DNA of 64,000 nt from Alphaproteobacteria bacterium (GCA_965232515.1 CBDDPY010000002.1:3584001-3648000), one strand, 5' to 3'; numbered from the stretch's first letter, positions 42,824 to 52,833 are shown. A program made the numbers and translations. The notes: a model not told the origin generated them from the sequence alone.

Positions 42824-44421
42824 CGTCGATGACCGTCGCCGAAGCCCTGATCGCGGCATTCAAGCGCCGCGGCGTGCAGCGGATGTTCGGAGTGCCCGGC
42901 GGCGGCAGCAGCCTCGACCTGATCGACGCCGCCGCCGAACAGGACATCGACTTCGTCCTTGCCCGCCGCGAGGATGCCGCCGTGATGATGGCCGCGGCCA
43001 CGGCCGAGCTGTCGGGCGCGCCGGGCGTGGCGCTGACCACCAAGGGGCCGGGCACGGCCAACGCCGTCAACGGCGTCGCCTATGCGTCGCTCGACCGCGC
43101 GCCGCTGATCCTGCTGACCGACGGCTTCAATCCGGCCCAGCAGGGCTATGTCACCCACCAGGTGTTCGACCAGCACGCCATGCTGCAACCGGTGGCGAAG
43201 GCGCACAGCCGGCTCGACGGCGCCGACGCGGCCGACGAGATCGACCGCCTGCTGGCTGTCGCAACGACGCCGCCCCTCGGTCCGGTCCACATCGAGCTGA
43301 CGGCCGTCGCCGCGCGCGCCGCCTGCGAGGTCGCCTCGCCGACAACCGTGCAACCGTCTGCACCCAAACCGTTCGATTCCACCGCCGCCCGCGAACTGCT
43401 GGCCGGCGCGCGCCGGCCCGTCGTCGTTGCCGGCCTGGAAGCGCGCGATCTGGCCGGGACGCAGGCTGTCGCGGCGCTGATCGCCGAGCTCGGCTGCCCG
43501 GCGCTGGTGACCTACAAGGCGAAGGGCGTGATCCCCGACGATCACCCGCAGTTCGCCGGCGTCTTCACCGGCGGTCAGGCGGAACGGGCCTGTGTCGACC
43601 GAGCCGACCTGATCCTGTTGCTGGGCGCCGATCCCGTCGAGTTCATCCTGAAGCCGTGGCCCTACGACAAAGCGATTGTCGAGGTCGGCCTGGCGCCGCA
43701 TCCCGTGCATTACGTGACGCCCACCGCCGGCATCTACGGCCCGCTCCACGCCGGCATCGCGGCGCTCCGCGGCGGCAACAGCGGCAGCGACTGGACGGCG
43801 GAAGAAATCGCGGATCTGCGGGCCGGCATGACGGCGGGGCTCGCCTATCCCGGCGCCGGTCCGCTCAACCCGCAGAGCGTCGTCGAAATCGCCCAGGCCG
43901 AGCTGACCGGCGATCCGCGCGTCACCGTCGACGCCGGCGCGCACATGATCTCGGCCATGGCCTTCTGGCAGGCCCAGCGCGCCAATGACATGCTGATCTC
44001 GAACGGCCTCGCCACCATGGGCTTCGCTCTGCCGGCGGCCATCGCCGGCGCGCTCGAAGATCCAGTGCGCGGCGCGCTCGCCTTTACCGGCGACGGCGGT
44101 TTCATGATGTGCGCCGGCGAGCTCGCCACCGCCGCCCAGCACGACGCCAACATCACGGTCGTGGTGTTCAACGACGGCGCGCTGTCGCTGATCGACATCA
44201 AGCAGCAGAGCCGCGGCCTGAGCCCGCGCGGCGTGCGTTGGCCGCGTTCAGATTTCGCCCGCGTGGCCGAAGGCTTCGGTTGCCGGGCCTGGCGCGTCGA
44301 CACGGTCGACGCCTACCGCGACGCGCTCGGCCAAGCGAACGAAACGCCCGGCCCCGCACTCATCGACGTCCACATCGATCCCGCCGGCTACCGCGAACAG
44401 CTCGCAGCCTTGCGGGGTTAG
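42820..44421 (+). CDS. Thiamine-diphosphate-dependent enzyme (acetolactate synthase-like family)
   Basis: FGVPGG, RREDAA.MMA, T.GPG..N, TMGFALPAA, GDGG...ND ThDP motif; ATGA overlap with the preceding gene. Confidence 0.88.
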   Translation: MTSMTVAEALIAAFKRRGVQRMFGVPGGGSSLDLIDAAAEQDIDFVLARREDAAVMMAAATAELSGAPGVALTTKGPGTANAVNGVAYASLDRAPLILLTDGFNPAQQGYVTHQVFDQHAMLQPVAKAHSRLDGADAADEIDRLLAVATTPPLGPVHIELTAVAARAACEVASPTTVQPSAPKPFDSTAARELLAGARRPVVVAGLEARDLAGTQAVAALIAELGCPALVTYKAKGVIPDDHPQFAGVFTGGQAERACVDRADLILLLGADPVEFILKPWPYDKAIVEVGLAPHPVHYVTPTAGIYGPLHAGIAALRGGNSGSDWTAEEIADLRAGMTAGLAYPGAGPLNPQSVVEIAQAELTGDPRVTVDAGAHMISAMAFWQAQRANDMLISNGLATMGFALPAAIAGALEDPVRGALAFTGDGGFMMCAGELATAAQHDANITVVVFNDGALSLIDIKQQSRGLSPRGVRWPRSDFARVAEGFGCRAWRVDTVDAYRDALGQANETPGPALIDVHIDPAGYREQLAALRG

Positions 44422-44429
44422 TGCCCGAA

Positions 44430-44443
44430 TTGATCTGCGTCAT
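44430..44443 (+). promoter_or_regulatory. FNR/FixK box upstream of pncB
   Basis: TTGAT-CTGC-GTCAT, 50 nt before the ATG. Confidence 0.6.
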
Positions 44444-44493
44444 CACGCCGGCCGCGCGGATCGCCTTAGCTCTGCCGGACGGGCGGCAAGGCG

Positions 44494-45831
44494 ATGACAA
44501 CGGACGGCTTCCTCACCGATCTCTATCAATTCACCATGCTGCAGGGCTATCTGGCGCGCGGCATGACCGAGACGGCGGTGTTCGAGTTCTTCGTGCGCCG
44601 GCTGCCGGCGCGGCGCAGTTTCCTGATCGCCGCCGGACTCGAGCAGGCCGTCGACTACCTCTCGAACCTGCAATTCACCGGCGACGAGCTCGACTGGCTC
44701 GCCGGCACCGGCCATGTCGACGACGCGGTGATCGACTATCTGGCCGCGTTCCGGTTTCACGGCGACGTCGACGCCATGCCGGAAGGCACGGTGTTTTTCG
44801 CCGACGAGCCGATCCTGCGCGTGACGGCGCCCTTGCCGGCGGCGCAGGTCGTCGAAAGCCGGCTGATCAACATCCTGCATTTCCAAACGCTCGTGGCCTC
44901 AAAGGCCGCGCGCATGGTGCTGACCGCGCCAGGCAAGCGGCTGGTCGATTTCGGGTTCCGGCGGGCGCACGGCGCCGAGGCCGGCCTGTTCGCCGCTCGC
45001 GCCGCCTACCTCGCCGGCTTCGCCGGCAGCGCCACCGTTTTGGCCGAACGCCGCTACGGCGTACCGGCCTACGGCACGGTCGCGCATTCCTTCATCCAGG
45101 CGCATGACGACGAGGCCGCGGCGTTCGAGAGCTTCGCCCGGTCGCGGCCGAAGAACGCGGTGCTGCTGATCGACACCTACGACACGGTGGCCGCGGCGCG
45201 AAAGGTCGTCGAACTGACGCCACGACTGGCCGCGGACGGCATCGCCATCGCCGGCGTGCGGCTCGACAGTGGCGACCTCGCCGCGCTGGCGCGCGATGTA
45301 CGCCGGGTCTTCGACGCGGCCGGCCTGCAGGACCTGTCGATTTTCGCCAGCAGCGGCATCGACGAATACCAGCTCGCCGAGCTGCTGGCGAAAGACGCAC
45401 CGATCGACGGCTTCGGCATCGGCACGCATCTGACGACCTCGGCCGATGCGCCCTATCTCGACTGCGCCTACAAGCTGCAGGAATATGCCGGCCGGCCGCG
45501 CCGCAAGCGCTCCTCGGGCAAGGCCACCTGGCCCGGCCGGAAACAGGTTTACCGCCGCCTCGACGGCGACGGCGTCATGAACGGCGACGTTCTGACGCTG
45601 ATCGGCGACCGCCCGTCGGGCCAGCCGTTGCTGCGGCCGGTGATGCGCGGCGGCGTGCATGTCGGTCCGGCCGAAAGCCTCGACGACATTCGAGGGCGCG
45701 TCGGCGCGCAACTGGCCGCATTGCCGGCGCCGCTCAAATCACTTGAAACGTCCGCGGCGTATCCTGTGGCCGTTGCGCCGGCCCTGCGTGCGCTGGCCGA
45801 GGAAGTGGACGAGGCAACCGGTGCGGCCTAG
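44494..45831 (+). CDS. pncB: Nicotinate phosphoribosyltransferase
   Basis: LTDLYQFTM, DFG.RRAHG, GT.AHSF, LIDTYD, GVRLDSGD, FGIGT. Confidence 0.92.
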   Translation: MTTDGFLTDLYQFTMLQGYLARGMTETAVFEFFVRRLPARRSFLIAAGLEQAVDYLSNLQFTGDELDWLAGTGHVDDAVIDYLAAFRFHGDVDAMPEGTVFFADEPILRVTAPLPAAQVVESRLINILHFQTLVASKAARMVLTAPGKRLVDFGFRRAHGAEAGLFAARAAYLAGFAGSATVLAERRYGVPAYGTVAHSFIQAHDDEAAAFESFARSRPKNAVLLIDTYDTVAAARKVVELTPRLAADGIAIAGVRLDSGDLAALARDVRRVFDAAGLQDLSIFASSGIDEYQLAELLAKDAPIDGFGIGTHLTTSADAPYLDCAYKLQEYAGRPRRKRSSGKATWPGRKQVYRRLDGDGVMNGDVLTLIGDRPSGQPLLRPVMRGGVHVGPAESLDDIRGRVGAQLAALPAPLKSLETSAAYPVAVAPALRALAEEVDEATGAA

Positions 45832-46085
45832 AGCCGCTTTTCTTCTTCCTCGACTTCGTCGGCCGTGACGATCTCGTAGACCTCGCCGACGACGCCGGCG
45901 GCCGGCTTCTCCAGTTCGCCCATGACGTCGTCCGCGCCGGCGATCCAGGCGCTCACCTCCTCGAGATCGCCGAGCGTCGCGCCCGTCGCCTCGATCGCGG
46001 CGACCTTCGCGTCGCTGAGTTCACCGAGGATGCGCAGGATGTCGTCATGCGTCGCTTTGCCGGCGTGCGGATTGGGCGTGGTCAT
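45828..46085 (-). CDS. Small acidic hypothetical protein
   Basis: 85-aa ORF (I..ILG.L.D..V.AI..TGAT..DLEE...W..G); has its own FNR box and -10 element. Confidence 0.65.
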   Translation of the reverse strand: MTTPNPHAGKATHDDILRILGELSDAKVAAIEATGATLGDLEEVSAWIAGADDVMGELEKPAAGVVGEVYEIVTADEVEEEEKRL

Positions 46086-46120
46086 GCCAACCAGGGTAGC
46101 CAAGCGCCGGACGGCGCGGC

Positions 46121-46134
46121 TTGATCTGCGTCAG
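46121..46134 (-). promoter_or_regulatory. FNR/FixK box (class II promoter, probably leaderless mRNA)
   Basis: Plus strand TTGAT-CTGC-GTCAG; minus-strand TACCCT at 46098-46093; box centre ~42 nt from the ATG. Confidence 0.6.
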
Positions 46135-46709
46135 GCCGCGGCCTGGCCGGCGGCGGACGGCGGCGATGCGAACGGGCGGTTCCACGGCATCAGCGCCAGC
46201 ATGCGGGCCATGCCGCAGAAGCCGGTCGCGCCGGCGAAGACCAGACCGGCGCCGACGAAGGCGCTGAGCCCCATGAACCAGGGCGAGACCAGCACGGCCA
46301 GCACAACGCCCAGCACCACCAGCGAGCCGGCCGCGATCTGCACCTGCCGCATGATGTCGATGGGCGCCTTCTTGCTCAGATGCACCGGGAAACCGGCTCG
46401 CTTCCAGCCCTCGAGCCCGCCGTCGAGGTGATAGACCTCGCGGAAGCCGGTGCGGAGGATGCTCTCGGCCGCCATCGCCGTGCGGTTGCCGGTGCGGCAG
46501 TGGAACACGGCGATCTTGTCGGCGTCGCGCGTGAAATCGGCCTGGTCGAAACCGGCGAGCGGCACGAGGCGCGCGCCGATGATGTGCTCGCGGTTGTATT
46601 CCAGCGGTTCGCGCACGTCGATCAGCACCGCCTTATCGTCCTCGAGCCAGCGATGCGCGGTCTTGGCGTCGATCTCATGCAGTTGCGCGGGCGCAGCGTT
46701 CGTCATCAT
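46131..46709 (-). CDS. Rhodanese-domain membrane protein (YgaP-like, DUF2892)
   Basis: LIDVREP.EY..EHI, HCRTGNRT active-site loop, RQVQIAAGSL, GFCGMA..L..MPWN. Confidence 0.9.
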   Translation of the reverse strand: MMTNAAPAQLHEIDAKTAHRWLEDDKAVLIDVREPLEYNREHIIGARLVPLAGFDQADFTRDADKIAVFHCRTGNRTAMAAESILRTGFREVYHLDGGLEGWKRAGFPVHLSKKAPIDIMRQVQIAAGSLVVLGVVLAVLVSPWFMGLSAFVGAGLVFAGATGFCGMARMLALMPWNRPFASPPSAAGQAAA

Positions 46710-46735
46710 CGTCAGTCCCTCGGTTCGTGGTGTGC

Positions 46736-47071
46736 TCAGCTCACGGTCTCGGCCAGTCGTTCGCTCTCCCGCCCGGCCGGCGCGCAATAGATTTCGTACA
46801 GCAGCTCGATCACCCGCCGCGCCGCTATGCCGTGAAGGTCGTAGTAGATCGTCTGCGCCTCGCGCCGCGGCGTGACCAAGCCGTCCTTGCGCAGCAACGA
46901 CAATTGTTGTGACGCCGCCGCCTGGCGCAGCCCGAGCGCGTCCGCGAGCTGGCCGACGGACTTCTCCCCGTCCGCGAGTTGGCAGAGGATCATCAGCCGG
47001 TTCTCATTCGACAGCGCCTTCATCAACTCGCTCGCCCGCCGGGCGGCCTGTTGCATATCTTTTATATTCAT
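46736..47071 (-). CDS. ArsR/SmtB regulator of the BigR/SqrR/YgaV persulfide-sensing type
   Basis: KALSNENRLMILCQL...SQQL..LR, C-terminal LYEIYC (two-Cys pattern); upstream of the rhodanese gene. Confidence 0.85.
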   Translation of the reverse strand: MNIKDMQQAARRASELMKALSNENRLMILCQLADGEKSVGQLADALGLRQAAASQQLSLLRKDGLVTPRREAQTIYYDLHGIAARRVIELLYEIYCAPAGRESERLAETVS

Positions 47072-47088
47072 ACATCTAGATATATGAA
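47067..47088. promoter_or_regulatory. Near-perfect 22-bp palindrome, likely ArsR operator
   Basis: TTCATACATCTAGATATATGAA (one mismatched pair), AT-rich, overlapping the ArsR start. Confidence 0.6.
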
Positions 47089-47149
47089 CTTACAGGAGAA
47101 GCGTCAATAGCTCAGCTACCGCTCGCCGGCGTCTGCCCGGTAGACAAGC

Positions 47150-47163
47150 TTGATCCGTCTCAA
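47150..47163 (+). promoter_or_regulatory. FNR/FixK box upstream of the USP gene
   Basis: TTGAT-CCGT-CTCAA; -10-like CAGAAT at 47186-47191. Confidence 0.65.
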
Positions 47164-47253
47164 GGCCGCCCTGGCGGCGCGATATCAGAATGTTTCCTGC
47201 TCTGTCGGACAGCGGCGCGGCGCTGGCCATCGCCAACAACAGGACCGGACGTC

Positions 47254-47757
47254 ATGTTCAATTCCATCGTCGCCGCGATTGACGGCTCGGAACATTCCCG
47301 CAAGGCGCTTGCCGCGGCCATCGATATCGCCGTCAGGTACCGCGCCAAGCTGGCGATCGTGCATGTCCTGCTGCGCGGCGAGAGCCCCGATGCGGTCCGG
47401 GGCCTGGCCGAGACCGAACGTCTGGACGCGCCGATCGAGGTCAAGCCGGTGCGCACGGCGACCATTGGCATCGCCTTCTGGCCGGAATATGTCAGCGGCG
47501 ACTCGCTGGAGCGGCTCGGCAACGCGCTCCTGGAGAACGCCGTGGTACAGGCCCGCGAGCACGGGTTGACCGAGGTCGACGCCACGCTGGCCGACGGCGA
47601 CCCGGCCCGCACCATCGTGAAATATGCCGAATCCAGCGACATCGACCTGATCGTCATGGGCTCGCGCGGCCTGAGCAACCTGAAGGAGATCCTGATCGGC
47701 AGCGTCTCCAGCCGCATCCACGAGCTCGCCCACTGCGCCTGCCTGCTGGTGAAATAG
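47254..47757 (+). CDS. Universal stress protein (UspA family)
   Basis: IVAAIDGSEHS..AL, GDPA..I, DLIVMGSRG......GSVS..I. Confidence 0.92.
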   Translation: MFNSIVAAIDGSEHSRKALAAAIDIAVRYRAKLAIVHVLLRGESPDAVRGLAETERLDAPIEVKPVRTATIGIAFWPEYVSGDSLERLGNALLENAVVQAREHGLTEVDATLADGDPARTIVKYAESSDIDLIVMGSRGLSNLKEILIGSVSSRIHELAHCACLLVK

Positions 47758-47780
47758 GGCTACCCAGCTATGATGCTTAG

Positions 47781-47844
47781 TTCCGGTGACAGTAACCTTA
47801 ATTCAGTGTGCGATGCGCGCGAGATAAGGTTACTGTCACCGGAA
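47781..47844. repeat. Perfect 20-bp inverted repeat with 24-nt spacer (REP-like element or bidirectional terminator)
   Basis: TTCCGGTGACAGTAACCTTA ... TAAGGTTACTGTCACCGGAA between convergent genes. Confidence 0.8.
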
Positions 47845-47892
47845 TTTTCCTATAGAAGCAGCACCCCGCCGCCGACGTTCCACGCTGTCGGT

Positions 47893-49017
47893 TCAGCGCA
47901 TCGTGGCAATGCTGCGGCGGAAGCGGAGGGCGGCGAAGGCGAAGAACAGGCCGCCGATGCCGACCACCAGCCCGAATTTCGGCCAGACGATGTCGAGCCC
48001 GGCGCCGCGATAGAGGATCGACTGGGCGAAATTGACGAAGTGCACTGACGGCACCGCCTGCATGATCGCTTGAAGCTGCTTGGGCTGGCTTTCGATCGGG
48101 GTCTCGGCGCCCGACAGCATCATCATCGGCAGCGCCACCAGGATGAACAGCAGGCCGAACTGCGGCATCGACCGCGCGATGGTGCCGAGAAAGATGCCGA
48201 GCGCCGTGGCGAAGAACAGGTAGAGCACCGTGCCGGTCAGGAACAGCGGCCGCGAGCCGGCGACCGGCACCTGCAGCAGCGTCTCGACCACCACCCACAG
48301 CGACACCGCGACGGCGACCAGGATCACAAGACCGTTCGCCCAGACCTTGGCCATCATGATCTCGAACGGCGTCAGCGGCATGACCAGCAGATGCTCGATG
48401 GTGCCATGCTCGCGCTCGCGGATAAGCGCCGCGCCGGTCAGCACGATCGACAGCATGGTCACGTTGTTGATGATCTCCATGACGCTGGTGAACCAGGCGC
48501 CGGTCAGGTTCGGGTTGAAGGCATAGCGCACAGTCAGGCCGACGGGCGGTCCGTGAGGCGGTTGGGCGCCGGCGACGAACCGTGCGATCTCCTGATGCAG
48601 GATGTTGCCGATATAACCGTTGCCGATGCCCGCCTGCATCATCACGGTGGCGTCGATATTGACCTGCAGCCCGGGCTGGCTGCCGCTCAGGATATCGGCC
48701 TGGAACCCGCTCGGGATCACCAACACGAAGGTGTAGCGGCCCGAATCCAGCACCGCGTCGATGTCCGCGAAGTCGATCATCTCAGGTTCGTTGAAATAGG
48801 GCGGCAGGAAGGCCTCGCGGATCCGGGTCGAGAGCTGTGACCGGTCTTCGTCGACGATGGCGATGGCGCCGTTGTTGAGGTCATGCGACATGCCGGTCGC
48901 CGCGCTGTAAACCGACAGCGTGAAGGCCCAAATAATCAGCCCGAGCAGCACCGGGTCGCGGCGCAGGCTGAACAGCTCCTTTATGCCGAGGCGGTAGATG
49001 TTGCTGAGCGTCCGCAT
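47893..49017 (-). CDS. ABC-2 permease (YhhJ-like)
   Basis: NIYRLGIKEL.SL.RD, IAIVDED.SQLS, REREHGTIEHLLVMP, ILYRGAG. Confidence 0.9.
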   Translation of the reverse strand: MRTLSNIYRLGIKELFSLRRDPVLLGLIIWAFTLSVYSAATGMSHDLNNGAIAIVDEDRSQLSTRIREAFLPPYFNEPEMIDFADIDAVLDSGRYTFVLVIPSGFQADILSGSQPGLQVNIDATVMMQAGIGNGYIGNILHQEIARFVAGAQPPHGPPVGLTVRYAFNPNLTGAWFTSVMEIINNVTMLSIVLTGAALIREREHGTIEHLLVMPLTPFEIMMAKVWANGLVILVAVAVSLWVVVETLLQVPVAGSRPLFLTGTVLYLFFATALGIFLGTIARSMPQFGLLFILVALPMMMLSGAETPIESQPKQLQAIMQAVPSVHFVNFAQSILYRGAGLDIVWPKFGLVVGIGGLFFAFAALRFRRSIATMR

Positions 49018-49018
49018 C

Positions 49019-51760
49019 TCAACGCGCCTGCTTGGGCAGCAGCGCAAGGCTCAGCAGGGTCAGAACCGGGATGAACGCCGCCAGCGCCAGGAAGTTGGGC
49101 GCCTGCTCGGCGAAGCCCAGCGCCTTGGTGAAGCTGCCGACGCTGATATGGATGAAGTAGGTGGTCGGAAACAGCGTGCCGACGACGGCGGCGCCGCCCT
49201 CCAGCGCCGAAACCGGCTGCAGCATGCCGGAGAACTGCACCGCCGGCAGCGTCGTGCCGATCGCCGTGCCGAACAAGGCGGCGGTCTGTGTCTTGGTGAA
49301 CGTCGAGATCACCAGGCCGAGACCGGTCGTCGCCACGACATATAACAACGCGCCCAGCGTCAGCGCCGCGACGCTACCCTTTACCGGCACTTCGAACAGC
49401 AGCACCGCCAGCAGCAGCATCAGCACGAAGTTGACCATGCCGACGGCCACATACGGCAGTTGCTTGCCGAGCAGGAACTCGAGACGGCTGACCGGCGTCA
49501 CGTACAGGTTGGTGATCGAGCCAAGCTCCTTCTCGCGCACGACTCCGAGCGCCATCAGGATCGCCGGAATGAAGATCAGCAGCAGCGCAATGTTCATCGG
49601 CACCATGGAGAACACGCTCTTGAAGTCCTGGTTGTAGCGGAACCGCGGTTCCAGCTCTAAGGGCGGCTCGGGCGGCGGCGCGACTTCGCCGCGGCGCGCC
49701 AGCTCGGCAAGGTAATGGTCGTGCAGCCCGGCGACGTAGCCGTAGATCGTCTCCGCCCGGAACGGCATGGCGCCGTCGATCCAGGCGGCGATTTCGGGCC
49801 GGCGATCGCGCAGCAGGTCCTTGCCGAAACCGGGCGGCACTTCGATCGCCAGCGTGATGTCGCCGCTCTTCAGGCGCCGGTCCATCTCGGCATGGTCGGC
49901 GACCGGCGGCTTTTCCAAAAAATAGCGCGAGCCCGCCAGCCCCTCGAGATAGGTTCGGCTTTCCGGCGTGCGGTCGCGGTCGAGGACGGCGTAGGTCATG
50001 TCCTCGACGTCGAACGAGATGCCGTAACCGAAGACCAGCATCAGGATCGCCGTGCCCAGCAGCGCGAAGGTCAGCCGGATCGGATCGCGCATCATCTCCA
50101 TGGCCTCGCGCAGGCTGTAGGCGAACAGCCGCCGGAGGCTGAACCCTTTCGCCGGCGCGCTATGGACGTCCAGGTCCGTCATCGGCGTCGCAATCGCGCG
50201 GCCATCGTCCGCTGGCGTTTCGCCGCCGGCGGCGTCCTCCAGATAGGCGATGAACGCTTCTTCCAGACCGTCGACACCCCGCGCCCGGGCCAGCGCCGCC
50301 GGCGTATCGCTCGCCAGCACTTGGCCCGCGTGCATCAGCGAGACGCGGTCGCAGCGCACCGCCTCGTTCATGAAGTGCGTCGAGATGAAGATCGTAACGT
50401 CCTGGTTCCGCGACAGGTCGATCAGCAGCTCCCAGAAACCGTCGCGCGCGATCGGATCGACGCCTGATGTCGGCTCGTCGAGGATCAGCATCTCCGGCTC
50501 GTGGATGACCGCGACGGCGAGCGACAGGCGCTGCCGCACGCCGAGCGGCAGATCGGCGGTCAGCGCGTCGATGTGATCGGCCAGGCCGAAGTGCTCGACC
50601 AGCTCGGCGATCCGCGCATCGCGGCGCTCAGCCGGCAAATGGAACAGCCGCGCGTGCAAGTCCAGGTTCTGCCGCACGGTCAGCTCGGCATAGAGCGAAA
50701 ATGACTGCGACATGTAGCCGACACGATTGCGCGTCGCCAGGTCGTGCGCGTCGACCGGAGCGCCGAACAATTGCGCATCGCCCTCGGTCGGCGGCAGCAG
50801 CCCGGTCAGCATCTTCATCGTCGTCGTCTTGCCGCAGCCGTTCGAGCCGAGGAAGCCGAAGATCTCGCCGCGCTCGATACGAAAGCTGACGTTGTCGACG
50901 GCGGTGAACTTGCCGAACCGCCGGGTCAGGCCGTGCGCCTCGATCGCCGGCGCGCCGTCATGCGGGCGGCGGGGCGGGATGGTGACCGCCCGGTGCCGCC
51001 GCCGCCGGTCTTCCGGGAGCAAATTCACGAAAGCCGCCTCCAGGTCGTCGGCGCCCGCCTGAGCCTCGATCTCGGCCGGCGTGCCGGTCGCCAGCACGGC
51101 GCCGTCGTTCATCGCCACCAGCCAGTCGAACTGCGCCGCCTCGTCCATATAGGCCGTCGCCACCAACACGCTGACATGCGGCCGCTGCGCCCGGATGCGG
51201 TCGATCAGGGCCCAGAACTGCCGCCGCGACAGGGGATCGACGCCGGTCGTCGGCTCGTCCAGGATCAGCAGATCGGGATCGTGGATCAGCGCGCAGCACA
51301 GGCCCAGCTTCTGTTTCATGCCGCCCGACAGCTTGCCGGCCGGCCGGTCCGGAAACGGATCGAGGCCGGTGGCCGCCAGCAGCGCCGCGATGCGCCGTTC
51401 GCGCTCCGCCTTGCCCTGGCCGAACAGACGCCCGAAGAAATGCAGGTTCTCGGCCACCGTCAGGTCCATATAGAGGTTCTTGCCCAACCCCTGCGGCATA
51501 TAGGCGATGCGCGGGCAAACGGTGCGGCGGTGCCGCCGGCTGCGCATGTCGCCGCCCAGCGCCTGCACCCGGCCGGTCTGGATCCGCCGCGCGCCGGCGA
51601 TCAGGCCCAGAAGCGTCGACTTGCCGACGCCGTCGGGACCGATGAGGCCGACCATGCGGCCGGCGGGAATGTCGAGCGTGATGTCGCGCAGGGCGTCGAC
51701 ATCGCCGTAGCGGTGCCGGACGCCGTCCAGCACCGCGGCCGATGCCTGCGGTTCGGTCAC
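49019..51760 (-). CDS. rbbA: Ribosome-associated ATPase RbbA-like (two ABC ATPase domains plus ABC-2 permease)
   Basis: [45 protein letters not shown]; GTG start overlapping the HlyD stop. Confidence 0.9.
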   Translation of the reverse strand: MTEPQASAAVLDGVRHRYGDVDALRDITLDIPAGRMVGLIGPDGVGKSTLLGLIAGARRIQTGRVQALGGDMRSRRHRRTVCPRIAYMPQGLGKNLYMDLTVAENLHFFGRLFGQGKAERERRIAALLAATGLDPFPDRPAGKLSGGMKQKLGLCCALIHDPDLLILDEPTTGVDPLSRRQFWALIDRIRAQRPHVSVLVATAYMDEAAQFDWLVAMNDGAVLATGTPAEIEAQAGADDLEAAFVNLLPEDRRRRHRAVTIPPRRPHDGAPAIEAHGLTRRFGKFTAVDNVSFRIERGEIFGFLGSNGCGKTTTMKMLTGLLPPTEGDAQLFGAPVDAHDLATRNRVGYMSQSFSLYAELTVRQNLDLHARLFHLPAERRDARIAELVEHFGLADHIDALTADLPLGVRQRLSLAVAVIHEPEMLILDEPTSGVDPIARDGFWELLIDLSRNQDVTIFISTHFMNEAVRCDRVSLMHAGQVLASDTPAALARARGVDGLEEAFIAYLEDAAGGETPADDGRAIATPMTDLDVHSAPAKGFSLRRLFAYSLREAMEMMRDPIRLTFALLGTAILMLVFGYGISFDVEDMTYAVLDRDRTPESRTYLEGLAGSRYFLEKPPVADHAEMDRRLKSGDITLAIEVPPGFGKDLLRDRRPEIAAWIDGAMPFRAETIYGYVAGLHDHYLAELARRGEVAPPPEPPLELEPRFRYNQDFKSVFSMVPMNIALLLIFIPAILMALGVVREKELGSITNLYVTPVSRLEFLLGKQLPYVAVGMVNFVLMLLLAVLLFEVPVKGSVAALTLGALLYVVATTGLGLVISTFTKTQTAALFGTAIGTTLPAVQFSGMLQPVSALEGGAAVVGTLFPTTYFIHISVGSFTKALGFAEQAPNFLALAAFIPVLTLLSLALLPKQAR

Positions 51761-52743
51761 GGCGCCGGCGGCAGGTTGACCGCCAGCCGGTCCGGCCAAA
51801 TAGCGTTCGCGCTCAACCGCACGAAGGCCTCGCCGGGCAGGCCGGTCTTCACCCGTTCCATGTGCTGGCGCAGCAGGTCGGGATCGATCTTCACCTTGAC
51901 CCGGAACATCAGCTTCTCGCGTTCCGTGCGGGTCTCGACCTCGCGCGGGGTGAACTGGGCTTCCGCCGCCACGAACGAGACCGTGGCCGGCACCACGTAT
52001 TCCGGCGCCGCGTCCAACACGATGCGCGCCTCCGAGCCGACCGAAACCCGGCCGACCTGCGCCGTCGGCAGGAAGATCGTCATGTAAACGTCGGTCAAAT
52101 CCAGAAGCGTCAGCACCCGGCCGCCGCCGTCCAGCACCTCGCCCGGCTCGGCCAGACGGTACTGCACCCGGCCGTCGCGCGGCGCCCGCAGCTCGGCTTC
52201 GGCGATCTGCGTGCGGATCCGCCGGGCCTCGGCCTCCGCGGCCTCAACCGCGCGTTTCGAGCTCGCGAGGTGCGCACGCGCGGCGGCCACCGCCGCCTTG
52301 GCGATATCGCGCTCGGACTGACGGCGGTCGGCCAGCTCGACCGAGATATGGCCTTTCTGGATCAGGAACAGCGCCCGGCCCAGTTCCTGTTCGGCAAACT
52401 TCAATTCGCTCTGTCGCTGGACGATGTCTGCCTTGGCCTCGGCCACTTCCTCCTGGGCTTGCGCGATATCGGCTTCGGCCCTGGCGAGACTCGCCTCCAG
52501 CTCGTCGACGTCCATCTGCGCCAGCACCTGGCCGGCCGTGACCATATCGCCTTCCTCGGCCAGCACCGTGACGATGCGACCGGGATACTTGGTCGCGACG
52601 TGAACTTCCTCGGCCTCGATGCGGCCGTTGCCGACGGCGATGTCGACCGGCAGCTTGTCCTGCTGGCTCTGCCACCAGTACCAGCCGCCGCCGGCAAGCC
52701 CGGCGACCAGGACGAGGGCAATGATGACGTTGCGTGTCCGCAC
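51757..52743 (-). CDS. HlyD-family membrane fusion protein (YhiI-like)
   Basis: N-terminal TM, GNGRIEA, coiled coil, [24 protein letters not shown]. Start placed at a GTG. Confidence 0.88.
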   Translation of the reverse strand: MRTRNVIIALVLVAGLAGGGWYWWQSQQDKLPVDIAVGNGRIEAEEVHVATKYPGRIVTVLAEEGDMVTAGQVLAQMDVDELEASLARAEADIAQAQEEVAEAKADIVQRQSELKFAEQELGRALFLIQKGHISVELADRRQSERDIAKAAVAAARAHLASSKRAVEAAEAEARRIRTQIAEAELRAPRDGRVQYRLAEPGEVLDGGGRVLTLLDLTDVYMTIFLPTAQVGRVSVGSEARIVLDAAPEYVVPATVSFVAAEAQFTPREVETRTEREKLMFRVKVKIDPDLLRQHMERVKTGLPGEAFVRLSANAIWPDRLAVNLPPAP

Positions 52744-52819
52744 GGCGACACTGAGCTCCGATCGGGCCGGCGAATTCGGCGGGAACGCCCCAACATGCCG
52801 CCGCCGGCGGCTCCGCAAC

Positions 52820-52833
52820 TTGACCCAAATCAA
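52820..52833. promoter_or_regulatory. FNR/FixK box in the divergent HlyD / DUF2267 promoter
   Basis: TTGAC-CCAA-ATCAA. Confidence 0.75.
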
